The position numbers and the translations under genes were made by a program. Shown here one piece after another: positions 1 to 7,509 of a DNA stretch of 30,744 nucleotides (its first letter is position 1; every line of letters begins with the position of its first letter). The notes beneath the pieces were generated by a model. That model was not told the DNA's origin, searched no databases, and saw only the letters and a program-made list of their open reading frames with translations. This DNA is from Candidatus Heimdallarchaeota archaeon (GTDB taxonomy: Archaea > Asgardarchaeota > Heimdallarchaeia > Heimdallarchaeales > Heimdallarchaeaceae), in contig DAOVER010000034.1 in assembly GCA_030668875.1 (NCBI GenBank), forward strand, positions 1 to 30,744. The letters are read 5' to 3'.

Positions 1-245
1 TGAATAGCTCCAGTTATTGGAGATTTAGATATTGCTTTCTCTGGACATGCTTCTATGCATTTCCCACATATAACACATACTTTAGGGATTGTAATCCCCT
101 CTACTTCGTTCTTAATAACTTGGATTCTAGAGAGAAAAGGAGAGAAAACTTTCTCATGTTCAAAAGAACATCGTAGTTCACAAATCCGACACCCATTGCA
201 CTTTTCTTTTTGAACGAATATTCTTTTTTTGATCTCTGAATTCAA
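1..245 (-). CDS. 4Fe-4S dicluster (HydN/CooF-like) electron-transfer subunit, partial (runs off the window start; absent from ORF track)
   Basis: Manual translation from TTG at 245: MNSEIKKRIFVQKEKCNGCRICELRCSFEHEKVFSPFLSRIQVIKNEVEGITIPKVCVICGKCIEACPEKAISKSPITGAI..., with two CxxCxxCxxxC motifs. An AGGAGG SD lies inside the end of the AOR gene, and the start is 2 nt after the AOR stop. Confidence 0.9.
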   Translation of the reverse strand, partial: MNSEIKKRIFVQKEKCNGCRICELRCSFEHEKVFSPFLSRIQVIKNEVEGITIPKVCVICGKCIEACPEKAISKSPITGAI

Positions 246-246
246 T

Positions 247-2157
247 TTATTTCTCCTCCTTTACTAAATTATAAATTTTTGCTGATTCAAGAAGATCCAA
301 TTTCCTTAACAAGGATTCCTTTGGTAATCCTGTTTCAAAATCCCATCCCCTCAATTCATAATATTTCGGGAGCATTTTGTCTAACTCTACATATTGGCCT
401 TTTGCAGGTCCTTCAGACAAAGGTTCCTCTGTAAATCTCTTAGGAAGGTTATCTTCATCTTTTCCTATTCCTTCCCTTAAATTAAACAATCTTTCTAAAT
501 TGTATATTCGTTCCCCTATTAGAAGCATTTCATCAGAGGAGATATTTCTTCCAGTTGTGAGAGACAGAAAAATAGCCATATCTTCTGGTCTAACTGCATA
601 CGCGGAAAAACAAGTATACTTGCACATTTCTGCTGAATCAACTATAGCCCCAAAATTTTCATGCCAGACCACCATCCTTGGTTTTCCTTCATGAGAGTAA
701 GGATCTACTGCTTTTTCAGAACCAAACCATTCCAAACCTTTTTCAGGTTCGTAACCCAGCAACTCAAAATTAGGTAAAGCTGCTAGGTGGTCAGCTCCTC
801 TTGTAGCTGTTGCCCATCCTAAACCGAAAGCTTTTGCAGTTCTAACATCATATGCTGGTGGTTCCATTCCTTTTATGTGAAGTGCAAACTCTTCAGATCC
901 AGCATTTATTTTTTCAGAGAATCTCTTTGTTCCTTCAGCAAGATCATTACCAATTCCTTCACGAAAGGCTACTTTTCTGATTAGTTCAATTAAAGCGTCA
1001 TCATTTCCCCATACTAATTCTAATCCATCTGTATCTTTTGATGATAGGATACCTTTTTCATAAGCCTCCATAGCAAATGCTATAGTATCTCCCAGTGAGA
1101 TAGTGTCCAGACCAAATTTATTGGCTAATTCATTCGCTTTTAGAATTGCTCCAAGATCCCCAATTCCGCATTTGGACCCTAAACATACTACTGTTTCATA
1201 TTCAGGACTTCCACCTTTAGTTCCAGCATATTTACCAGTTTTTACCTTGGAATACTTTCCACAATGAATAGGACATGCAAAGCAGCTTTCAGACTTAATT
1301 CTATATAATTCATCAAAAGTTTCTGCGGAAATGTTCTCATATTGGTCAAATATACCTGATTGGTTATTTCTAGTTGCTAGTCCTCCACTTATATAAGCTA
1401 AATCAACCAAAAATGTCGTGCCATAATATGAAAGACTTGGAAATGCAGGATCATCATAAATTTTCTTAAGAGTTTCATCAACAAAATCATGGAATTCTAA
1501 TGGGTTGGCTATCTCTACTCCACCAGTTCCTCTAACAGCAATAGCTTTCATGTTCTTTGAACCCATTACTGCTCCTAATCCAGTTCGGGCTGCAGCTCTG
1601 GATAGATTGTTCATTAGTGCCGCGTATTTAACTAGATTTTCTCCTCCTTGCCCTATGCATAGTACTTGAAAATTTTCAGATAACTCATTTTTTAATATTG
1701 CATCGGTTTCCCAAGTATCTTTTCCCCAAAGATGAGATGCATCTCGTAATTCTATCTTGTCATCTTCAATGTAAAGGAATACTGGTTTTTCTGATTTACC
1801 ATGTAGAAAGATAGCATCATATCCTGCATAAGCAAGTTCTGGAGCAAAGTGTCCTCCAGAATTTGCATAGCCAATCCCCCCAGTCAGAGGAGATTTTGCT
1901 GCAACAGTATATCTAGCTGTTGAAGGAGCAGATGTCCCAGTAAGTGGTCCTAGACTTACGACAAGTATATTTTCTGGACTAAGGGGATCAATACCCTGCT
2001 TTAAATTATCATAAAGATACTTAATCGCCCAACCTCGACCTCCTAAATAATTCTCAATCAACAAGGGATCAGTTTCTTTTACAAGAAAAGATTGTTTTGT
2101 TAAATCTACAACTATGGTTTTTCCTCTATATCCTTTATAGTGTATGGTGGAGTTCAA
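247..2157 (-). CDS. aor: Tungsten-containing aldehyde:ferredoxin oxidoreductase family protein
   Basis: 636 aa with AOR motifs: GPLTG, KSPLTGG..SGG, RTGLGAVMGSKNMKAI, CFACPIHC, GLDTIS, RGADH, YYELRGWD. TTG start with GGTGA SD. Confidence 0.95.
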   Translation of the reverse strand: MNSTIHYKGYRGKTIVVDLTKQSFLVKETDPLLIENYLGGRGWAIKYLYDNLKQGIDPLSPENILVVSLGPLTGTSAPSTARYTVAAKSPLTGGIGYANSGGHFAPELAYAGYDAIFLHGKSEKPVFLYIEDDKIELRDASHLWGKDTWETDAILKNELSENFQVLCIGQGGENLVKYAALMNNLSRAAARTGLGAVMGSKNMKAIAVRGTGGVEIANPLEFHDFVDETLKKIYDDPAFPSLSYYGTTFLVDLAYISGGLATRNNQSGIFDQYENISAETFDELYRIKSESCFACPIHCGKYSKVKTGKYAGTKGGSPEYETVVCLGSKCGIGDLGAILKANELANKFGLDTISLGDTIAFAMEAYEKGILSSKDTDGLELVWGNDDALIELIRKVAFREGIGNDLAEGTKRFSEKINAGSEEFALHIKGMEPPAYDVRTAKAFGLGWATATRGADHLAALPNFELLGYEPEKGLEWFGSEKAVDPYSHEGKPRMVVWHENFGAIVDSAEMCKYTCFSAYAVRPEDMAIFLSLTTGRNISSDEMLLIGERIYNLERLFNLREGIGKDEDNLPKRFTEEPLSEGPAKGQYVELDKMLPKYYELRGWDFETGLPKESLLRKLDLLESAKIYNLVKEEK

Positions 2158-2218
2158 GTTAATACCATATCACCATTTTAGAGGATATAAGCTTTACTTC
2201 ATAATGCAAAATCAACAA

Positions 2219-2758
2219 TTATTTAGGCATGATTTTAACTACTTCAACTAATTCAGAGAAGGATGTAAAATCAGCTGTTGTAGGATCATCAGTTTGAGGA
2301 TTCCAACCAAATAGCATCTTAGCAGCCCTAGGATATTTAGTTACATACCACTTAAACAAATCATTCTTGTGCTCAATGGATGCAAGTAATTCAAAACCTA
2401 TAGATTGTTTTCTGAATCCAACTTTAATTCTAACATCTTTTGGATTTGCTAACATATTCTTGAGCCAATGTGCTTTCATCCCTCTACTTGCAACAAAATG
2501 AATTATTCCATCTTTCTTTCTATATTCTACTGGAATAATCCTTTTCTTACCTGTTTTTCTTCCTTTAGTATAAAGGAGTAAAAAGATTTTTCCAAAACCG
2601 AATAAGGGGAGAATATTTGCTCGATATAAAGGGATAGTGAAGTATTTGTTTAATCTCTTCCAAGTCTTGAGAGTCTTTGCTTGAGATTCTGAATCTCCGA
2701 ATAATATGTTGTACTCAGCAGAACCTGGACGAGGAAAATCAGAGATTTGATCAGTCAT
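2219..2758 (-). CDS. Deazaflavin (F420)-dependent nitroreductase family (DDN-like) oxidoreductase
   Basis: LLLYTKGRKTGKKRIIPV..VASRG...WLKNMLANPKDV matches the DDN/F420H2-dependent quinone reductase signature. Confidence 0.85.
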   Translation of the reverse strand: MTDQISDFPRPGSAEYNILFGDSESQAKTLKTWKRLNKYFTIPLYRANILPLFGFGKIFLLLYTKGRKTGKKRIIPVEYRKKDGIIHFVASRGMKAHWLKNMLANPKDVRIKVGFRKQSIGFELLASIEHKNDLFKWYVTKYPRAAKMLFGWNPQTDDPTTADFTSFSELVEVVKIMPK

Positions 2759-2869
2759 ATTTAATAATAATTCTTTACATTCAAAAAAATTGTTGTTCAG
2801 ATGAAAGTGAAAATATGAAATAGGAAAGATTTATCTTTGTAGATACTAATCTAAAACTGGGGATTTTCC

Positions 2870-3232
2870 TTGTTTACTGAAGAATTTATCATCGAAGAAG
2901 AACTTCATTTAGAAGAAGACGAAATTGAAGATATATACCAGTATCATGGTGCAGAGTATGATGAACTTCCCTTTAAAGAGTTCAAAGATTATGAGGGGGA
3001 GAATCATTCTGATTACCATTTAACTCTCTTCTTTGCACTATTGTTAGCTATTGTAGGTGCTGTTGTACTCGGTTTCTTAACTCCTCGAACTTACGGAGAA
3101 ACATTAATCAATATTTACTGGTGGACTCCTCTCATTGGAGGTTTGATTGGTGCTTTTCTAGGAGGTTTCATTGGTTTAGTGATAGATTCTCTAATTTATG
3201 CCAGATCCAAAGGTAATCAACAAACAGCATAG
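2870..3232 (+). CDS. Small membrane protein: acidic N-terminus plus two TM helices, unknown function
   Basis: 120 aa; very Glu/Asp-rich first 45 aa, then two hydrophobic segments (LFFALLLAIVGAVVLGFL; LIGGLIGAFLGGFIGLVI). TTG start. Confidence 0.7.
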   Translation: MFTEEFIIEEELHLEEDEIEDIYQYHGAEYDELPFKEFKDYEGENHSDYHLTLFFALLLAIVGAVVLGFLTPRTYGETLINIYWWTPLIGGLIGAFLGGFIGLVIDSLIYARSKGNQQTA

Positions 3233-3269
3233 ACATTATTACTATTGATACCTAACAATCAGTAATAAT

Positions 3270-4043
3270 TCATGTTTCTTTTGATGACATAATTAAGAAT
3301 CTATGACTCACATAGTCTATATATTCACTATCAGATATTATTGTATGAAGTTTAAACAGTTTATCTCTGTATTTTCCAACTGTGAATCCAGGCACTTCCC
3401 AAGGAACCGCCAACAGATAAAAAACAATTGCACCCACATCAAAAAATCGAGTTATTGGAAAACACTCTTTCTTCTTGAGAATCTTAAATCCATTATTTTC
3501 TAATTGATTTGCTGCGAAATCTGCAGTCCATTCTGGATAATCACTCACTTTATCATTAAGGAAAAATTCTCTTAAACCATCATCATTATGAGCTCCTACT
3601 TGCTGAGTTAGAAAAATACCTTCTTCTGAGAGTATTCTATGAACCTCAGAGGGAGAATAAGATTCATGTCTATTAATAATCAAATCAAATATGCCATCCT
3701 CAAAGGGCAGGTTTTCATCACCACTAATACCAACAATCTCTACGCCTAAAGATTCTAGTCTTTTTTTTGCAACTGGAACATTGGGGTCATGGGCTTCAGT
3801 GGCACATGTTTTTTCTGGAAAAGGTTGTAACATTGATAGAAGCTCTCCACCGCCTGTTCCCATATCAAGAAGAGAATTAACCTGCCTTAACACCGGTAAT
3901 ATCTCCGTTGTATAACTCCACTTTAATGGTGCTGTAACCATTCTGTCTTTAACATAGGAAAAATCCCATCCAAGAAAAGGTCTTTGAGCTTCTTCAATTA
4001 ATAGTTCAAATGTTTTTTTATGACTTCTAGAATCATTATCCAT
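3270..4043 (-). CDS. Class I SAM-dependent methyltransferase
   Basis: Motif I LLDMGTGGG; LPFEDGIFDLIINRH. Confidence 0.9.
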   Translation of the reverse strand: MDNDSRSHKKTFELLIEEAQRPFLGWDFSYVKDRMVTAPLKWSYTTEILPVLRQVNSLLDMGTGGGELLSMLQPFPEKTCATEAHDPNVPVAKKRLESLGVEIVGISGDENLPFEDGIFDLIINRHESYSPSEVHRILSEEGIFLTQQVGAHNDDGLREFFLNDKVSDYPEWTADFAANQLENNGFKILKKKECFPITRFFDVGAIVFYLLAVPWEVPGFTVGKYRDKLFKLHTIISDSEYIDYVSHRFLIMSSKET

Positions 4044-4149
4044 ATTACAAACTTGAAAGTCTCATTAATTATTTTTGTGGATGGAGAGACTATTTGTATG
4101 CATTCAAAAAGCAGTGACTTTATTGGAAAAAGATTAAGAAATTTTTACT

Positions 4150-4170
4150 AAAAAAATAGAAAGAAAAAAG
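4150..4170 (-). terminator. Oligo-T archaeal terminator after the superoxide reductase gene
   Basis: Minus strand reads CTTTTTTCTTTCTATTTTTTT just after the stop at 4178. Confidence 0.5.
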
Positions 4171-4177
4171 AGCATTT

Positions 4178-4561
4178 TTACTCTACTTTTACTTCTTTTT
4201 CATATTTCCAAAAACCGTGTATGTTACAATAAGATGTTGCAATAAGCTTTCCTGGTTTGTCAGTTTTTAATTGAAAAACTGCATAAGGTTCTGAATAAAC
4301 ACCGCTTGTATCAGGTCCTTTAATTGAAGCTCCATGAGCATCAAAATTGACTAGACCAACTTGATATGGGTATTTTTCGTCTTCTGGCCAGAACATTAGT
4401 TTTATCCAAGAAATATGATGTTCTGTTTTGTTAGGATGAGCAATTTCTTTTCCAACACTAACAGTTACAAGAGTTTTTTCTCCAGCTTTAATAACATCTG
4501 CAATTTCAATAACAGGTACATGTTTTTCTGTTTTCCAATCAGCTGTTCCATATAAATCCAT
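4178..4561 (-). CDS. Superoxide reductase (neelaredoxin / class II SORL, 1Fe-SOR)
   Basis: EKHVP, HPNKTEHHISWI and CNIHG iron-ligand motifs; GGTGA SD upstream. Confidence 0.92.
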   Translation of the reverse strand: MDLYGTADWKTEKHVPVIEIADVIKAGEKTLVTVSVGKEIAHPNKTEHHISWIKLMFWPEDEKYPYQVGLVNFDAHGASIKGPDTSGVYSEPYAVFQLKTDKPGKLIATSYCNIHGFWKYEKEVKVE

Positions 4562-4667
4562 ATGTACTCACCTAAGTCATTGGAACTACATCTATAAATA
4601 AATTTCTTGGAAGAACAAAATTCTACAAAATAGTGTTTAACAACAAAAGAAAGGGGAAAGAAAAATT

Positions 4668-5099
4668 CTAATCATCTTCAAGAACAGTAGGTTCAAGTGG
4701 GTAGGATTCCTTTGGTTGAGATGGTTGACCAGACTGATGAGCTGAAATATCACCTTCTATTTCATTCAATTCTTGCTCTAGTTTATCTATTTCGTCTTCA
4801 ACCTTTTTGATTCTTCTCTCAAACTCTCTTATCTTATATTCTTTTTCAGCAATATGTGCTTCTTTCTTCTTTGCTGCAACTTCACATTTGAAAGATTTAT
4901 CTATCAGTTCTTGCTGTTCAAAATCAATTTTCTTTAATAGCTGTTCTTCTCGTTCTCTATTATCACGAGCTTTCTTCTTCATTTGTTCAGCAATTTTTTT
5001 CTTCAAATCTTGCAAATCGCTTAGTTTTTTGAAAATATCTTCTTCTACATCATGCTTTTTCTCTAGAAGCTTAAAATATTGAACATTCGATTCACTCAT
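4668..5099 (-). CDS. Coiled-coil protein, unknown function
   Basis: 143 aa K/E-rich heptad-like sequence with a Pro/acidic C-terminal tail; own intergenic spacers on both sides. Confidence 0.75.
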   Translation of the reverse strand: MSESNVQYFKLLEKKHDVEEDIFKKLSDLQDLKKKIAEQMKKKARDNREREEQLLKKIDFEQQELIDKSFKCEVAAKKKEAHIAEKEYKIREFERRIKKVEDEIDKLEQELNEIEGDISAHQSGQPSQPKESYPLEPTVLEDD

Positions 5100-5286
5100 A
5101 TTAATCCAAACTATTAGGGGTAGCGCTTGTTTTTAAGGTTATAGAAATGAGGGTAAATGAGAGAAATCTATTAAATTATTAAAAGAAAAAATAGGACAAA
5201 TAAATGAAGATAGAAAAGAAAAATTTAAGAAGAAAAGCAATTGAAAGACAATAGGTGTAAGAGAAGTTCTCATACACCAAAAAAAT

Positions 5287-5410
5287 CGGGCCTTAGCTCA
5301 GTGGCTTAGAGCACCCGGCTGTAGTCAGAAGACACCCTTGTGATCAATGATCAAGGCGTCAGCCGGTGGTAACCGGGCGGTCCCGTGTTCAAATCACGGA
5401 GGCCCGACCA
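5287..5410 (+). tRNA. tRNA-Tyr(GTA) with 47-nt intron at 37/38 (5325-5371); CCA encoded
   Basis: Acceptor CGGGCCT (5287-93)/AGGCCCG (5400-06) with C1:G72; D-arm GCTC/GAGC; anticodon stem CCCGG/CCGGG with GTA at 5321-23; T-arm CCGTG-TTCAAAT-CACGG; 5-nt variable loop; A73 then CCA (5408-10). Confidence 0.96.
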
Positions 5411-5420
5411 TTCTCTTATT

Positions 5421-6179
5421 TTATTTGTTTTTCTTACCTATTGCTGTAAATACTGGTATGAAGATCATTCTTCTATTCTGCTCAATCAGTGTTTTCTCTT
5501 TTTCTACAATTTGTTTGAAATCTGTTTCTGTTATCAAGTTTGCTTCCAACACTCTCTTCCACTCTTCTTCTATGTTATTGATTAAAGATTCTTTATTCCA
5601 TGTTTGAGCAATCACAGAAATCTCAGTTTCTAGCCCTACGGTTTCAAAATAGGAGAGTATTTTTCTTCCAGCCAAAGGATCAGCACCTTCATCTCTTAGA
5701 TATTCAATATGTTTTGTACCAAGGTTCATTTCAGGGTACTCTACCCACCCTCCATAATCAGGTTCAGCTAATGCTACTACAAATCCTTGTTTTTTGCATA
5801 CTCTATAGATTTCGTTCATTGCTCTAATTGGATTTTTTACCCACAACAAAAGATATTGAAAAAGTATTATATCGAATTTGTTATCTTTCAAAGAAAGGTT
5901 TTCAACACTCTCCGCAAGAAATTCTACATTTTCAACTCTCTGCTTTGCTACTTCAATCATTCTTTCGTCTATATCGATAGCTGTTATCGCAGCAGATGTT
6001 CGATCTCTTAGTTCTTTCGTTATTGTGCCCATACCACAACCAATCTCTAAGATATTTTTTGCTTTGGTTAAACCTATCTTTTTGTAGATTTGATTGCGAA
6101 AAAAAAGGGTCCAAGATGCTTGACGTTCAAACTGTTCTTCTATTTCTGGACCCCAATTAACTCTTGATTTTTCATTCAT
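5421..6179 (-). CDS. Class I SAM-dependent methyltransferase, third gene of the radical SAM cluster
   Basis: ILEIGCGMG motif I, AIDID, ENLSLKDNKFDII. Start placed at ATG 6179 (MNEKSR) because the ORF-track extension to 6299 overlaps the radical SAM gene; 22 nt separate it from the rSAM stop. Confidence 0.88.
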   Translation of the reverse strand: MNEKSRVNWGPEIEEQFERQASWTLFFRNQIYKKIGLTKAKNILEIGCGMGTITKELRDRTSAAITAIDIDERMIEVAKQRVENVEFLAESVENLSLKDNKFDIILFQYLLLWVKNPIRAMNEIYRVCKKQGFVVALAEPDYGGWVEYPEMNLGTKHIEYLRDEGADPLAGRKILSYFETVGLETEISVIAQTWNKESLINNIEEEWKRVLEANLITETDFKQIVEKEKTLIEQNRRMIFIPVFTAIGKKNK

Positions 6180-6201
6180 TTGAGACACACATTTGACAAT
6201 G

Positions 6202-7509
6202 TTATGAGAAGGATTCTCTACAGATGGTAGTAGGAGCATCATAATTGAGAGGACATCCTCCTCCACAGATTTCCATTTCAGGACAATTAGTGCATTCATC
6301 GGGTAGATATTTCATATTCCTGAGACTTTTAGCAAGCTTGCTATTCCATATCTTTTTCCATTTTGTGTTCAGGATATTGCCTAGTGGCTCGAAATAGCTT
6401 TGACAAGGGAGAACCATACCATCGGGTTCTATTGCCATTGCAATATGAGCTGCTGTGCATTGTTTTAATCCTAATCCTTTCTCAATTGGATTAAAATCAC
6501 AATATCTTGTAGGGCTGTACCATAGGAAACTCATGTCTTTTTCTTCTGCTTTCTTCATTATCCTGCTAATGACATCATCTAGAGTTTCGACAGAGAGAGT
6601 GAAATCTTCATCTTTTCCGCCTCCAGATTTGATAATACCATTTGCAGCAAAATGGTCTATGCCTAGAGAATCGAGGAAATCTATTGTTTTCTCAATGTCC
6701 TTTATATTGTAAGGAGTTATGGTTGTATTTGTTAGGATATACACTGGAGTTGGAACAATGTTTTTTATTCCTTGGACAGTTTCCTTCCAAGCCCCTTTAA
6801 ATCCACAAAGTTCATCGTGAAGCTTCTCATCATGACTCTCAATTGTAATTTGGAAATGATCTATTCCAGCAGAAACTAGTTTGTCTACAAATTTCTTATC
6901 CTTGAACATCCTACCATTTGAGATTATTCCAGTGATAATACCTAAATCCTCAGCATATGCCACTAGTTCTGGTAAATCCTCCCTTAATGTTGGTTCTCCA
7001 CCAGTAAAAGTAACGTGAGGAACACCAATTTCCCACAAATTGTCTAATACTTGTCTCCATTCATCAGTTGTCAATTCGATAATTTCTCTCTTATGCTCAA
7101 CATAACATTTAGAACATTTGTTGTTGCATCTGTAGGTTAAGGCTAAATCCATGCGTAAGGGAGCTGAGAAAGGAGTTTCTAGTAGAGAACTGATATCTTG
7201 AGATAAGTGTTGCACAGGATCGATATCAGGTTTTGTTAAGAGATCCATAATCGATGTCTTGAAACCCACTAAATCGTCCATCAATTGAGTCTCATCTACA
7301 CGATATTTTCGTTTAACTTTGGAAACAATTTCCTCGTTGGTTTTTCCTTCAATTATCCCAGAAGCAAAATCTGTTGCAGTTCTGTTTAAGTGAAAAATTC
7401 GAGTAGCATTAACTAAGAGCAGACTATTTCCTTTTTTCTCTTTTCTTAAATGCATACGTGCAAAAGTATCAAGATTTCTTATATGGGACATTTTCTTTTC
7501 TCGCATCAT
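6202..7509 (-). CDS. Radical SAM enzyme with N-terminal PqqD/RRE-like domain and C-terminal SPASM domain (PqqE-like peptide maturase)
   Basis: CNNKCSKC (CX3CX2C), TGGEP; SPASM C-X12-G-X4-C...CX2CX5CX3C-X10-C. The N-terminal LLLVNATRIFHLNRTATDF...GKTNEEIVSKVKRKYRVD...DDLVGF has the PqqD/RRE pattern. Start at ATG 7509/7506 overlaps the upstream TGA, with a GGAGGTG SD; ATG 7491 is an alternative. Confidence 0.93.
   Translation of the reverse strand: MMREKKMSHIRNLDTFARMHLRKEKKGNSLLLVNATRIFHLNRTATDFASGIIEGKTNEEIVSKVKRKYRVDETQLMDDLVGFKTSIMDLLTKPDIDPVQHLSQDISSLLETPFSAPLRMDLALTYRCNNKCSKCYVEHKREIIELTTDEWRQVLDNLWEIGVPHVTFTGGEPTLREDLPELVAYAEDLGIITGIISNGRMFKDKKFVDKLVSAGIDHFQITIESHDEKLHDELCGFKGAWKETVQGIKNIVPTPVYILTNTTITPYNIKDIEKTIDFLDSLGIDHFAANGIIKSGGGKDEDFTLSVETLDDVISRIMKKAEEKDMSFLWYSPTRYCDFNPIEKGLGLKQCTAAHIAMAIEPDGMVLPCQSYFEPLGNILNTKWKKIWNSKLAKSLRNMKYLPDECTNCPEMEICGGGCPLNYDAPTTICRESFS

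Noticed and set aside
5347-5607. Plus-strand ORFs 5347-5607 and 5385-5585
   Set aside because: They overlap the tRNA and are antisense to the methyltransferase; shadow ORFs.
6180-6299. N-terminal extension of the methyltransferase ORF
   Set aside because: It overlaps the SPASM-coding 3' end of the rSAM on the same strand; ATG 6179 gives a normal-sized enzyme.
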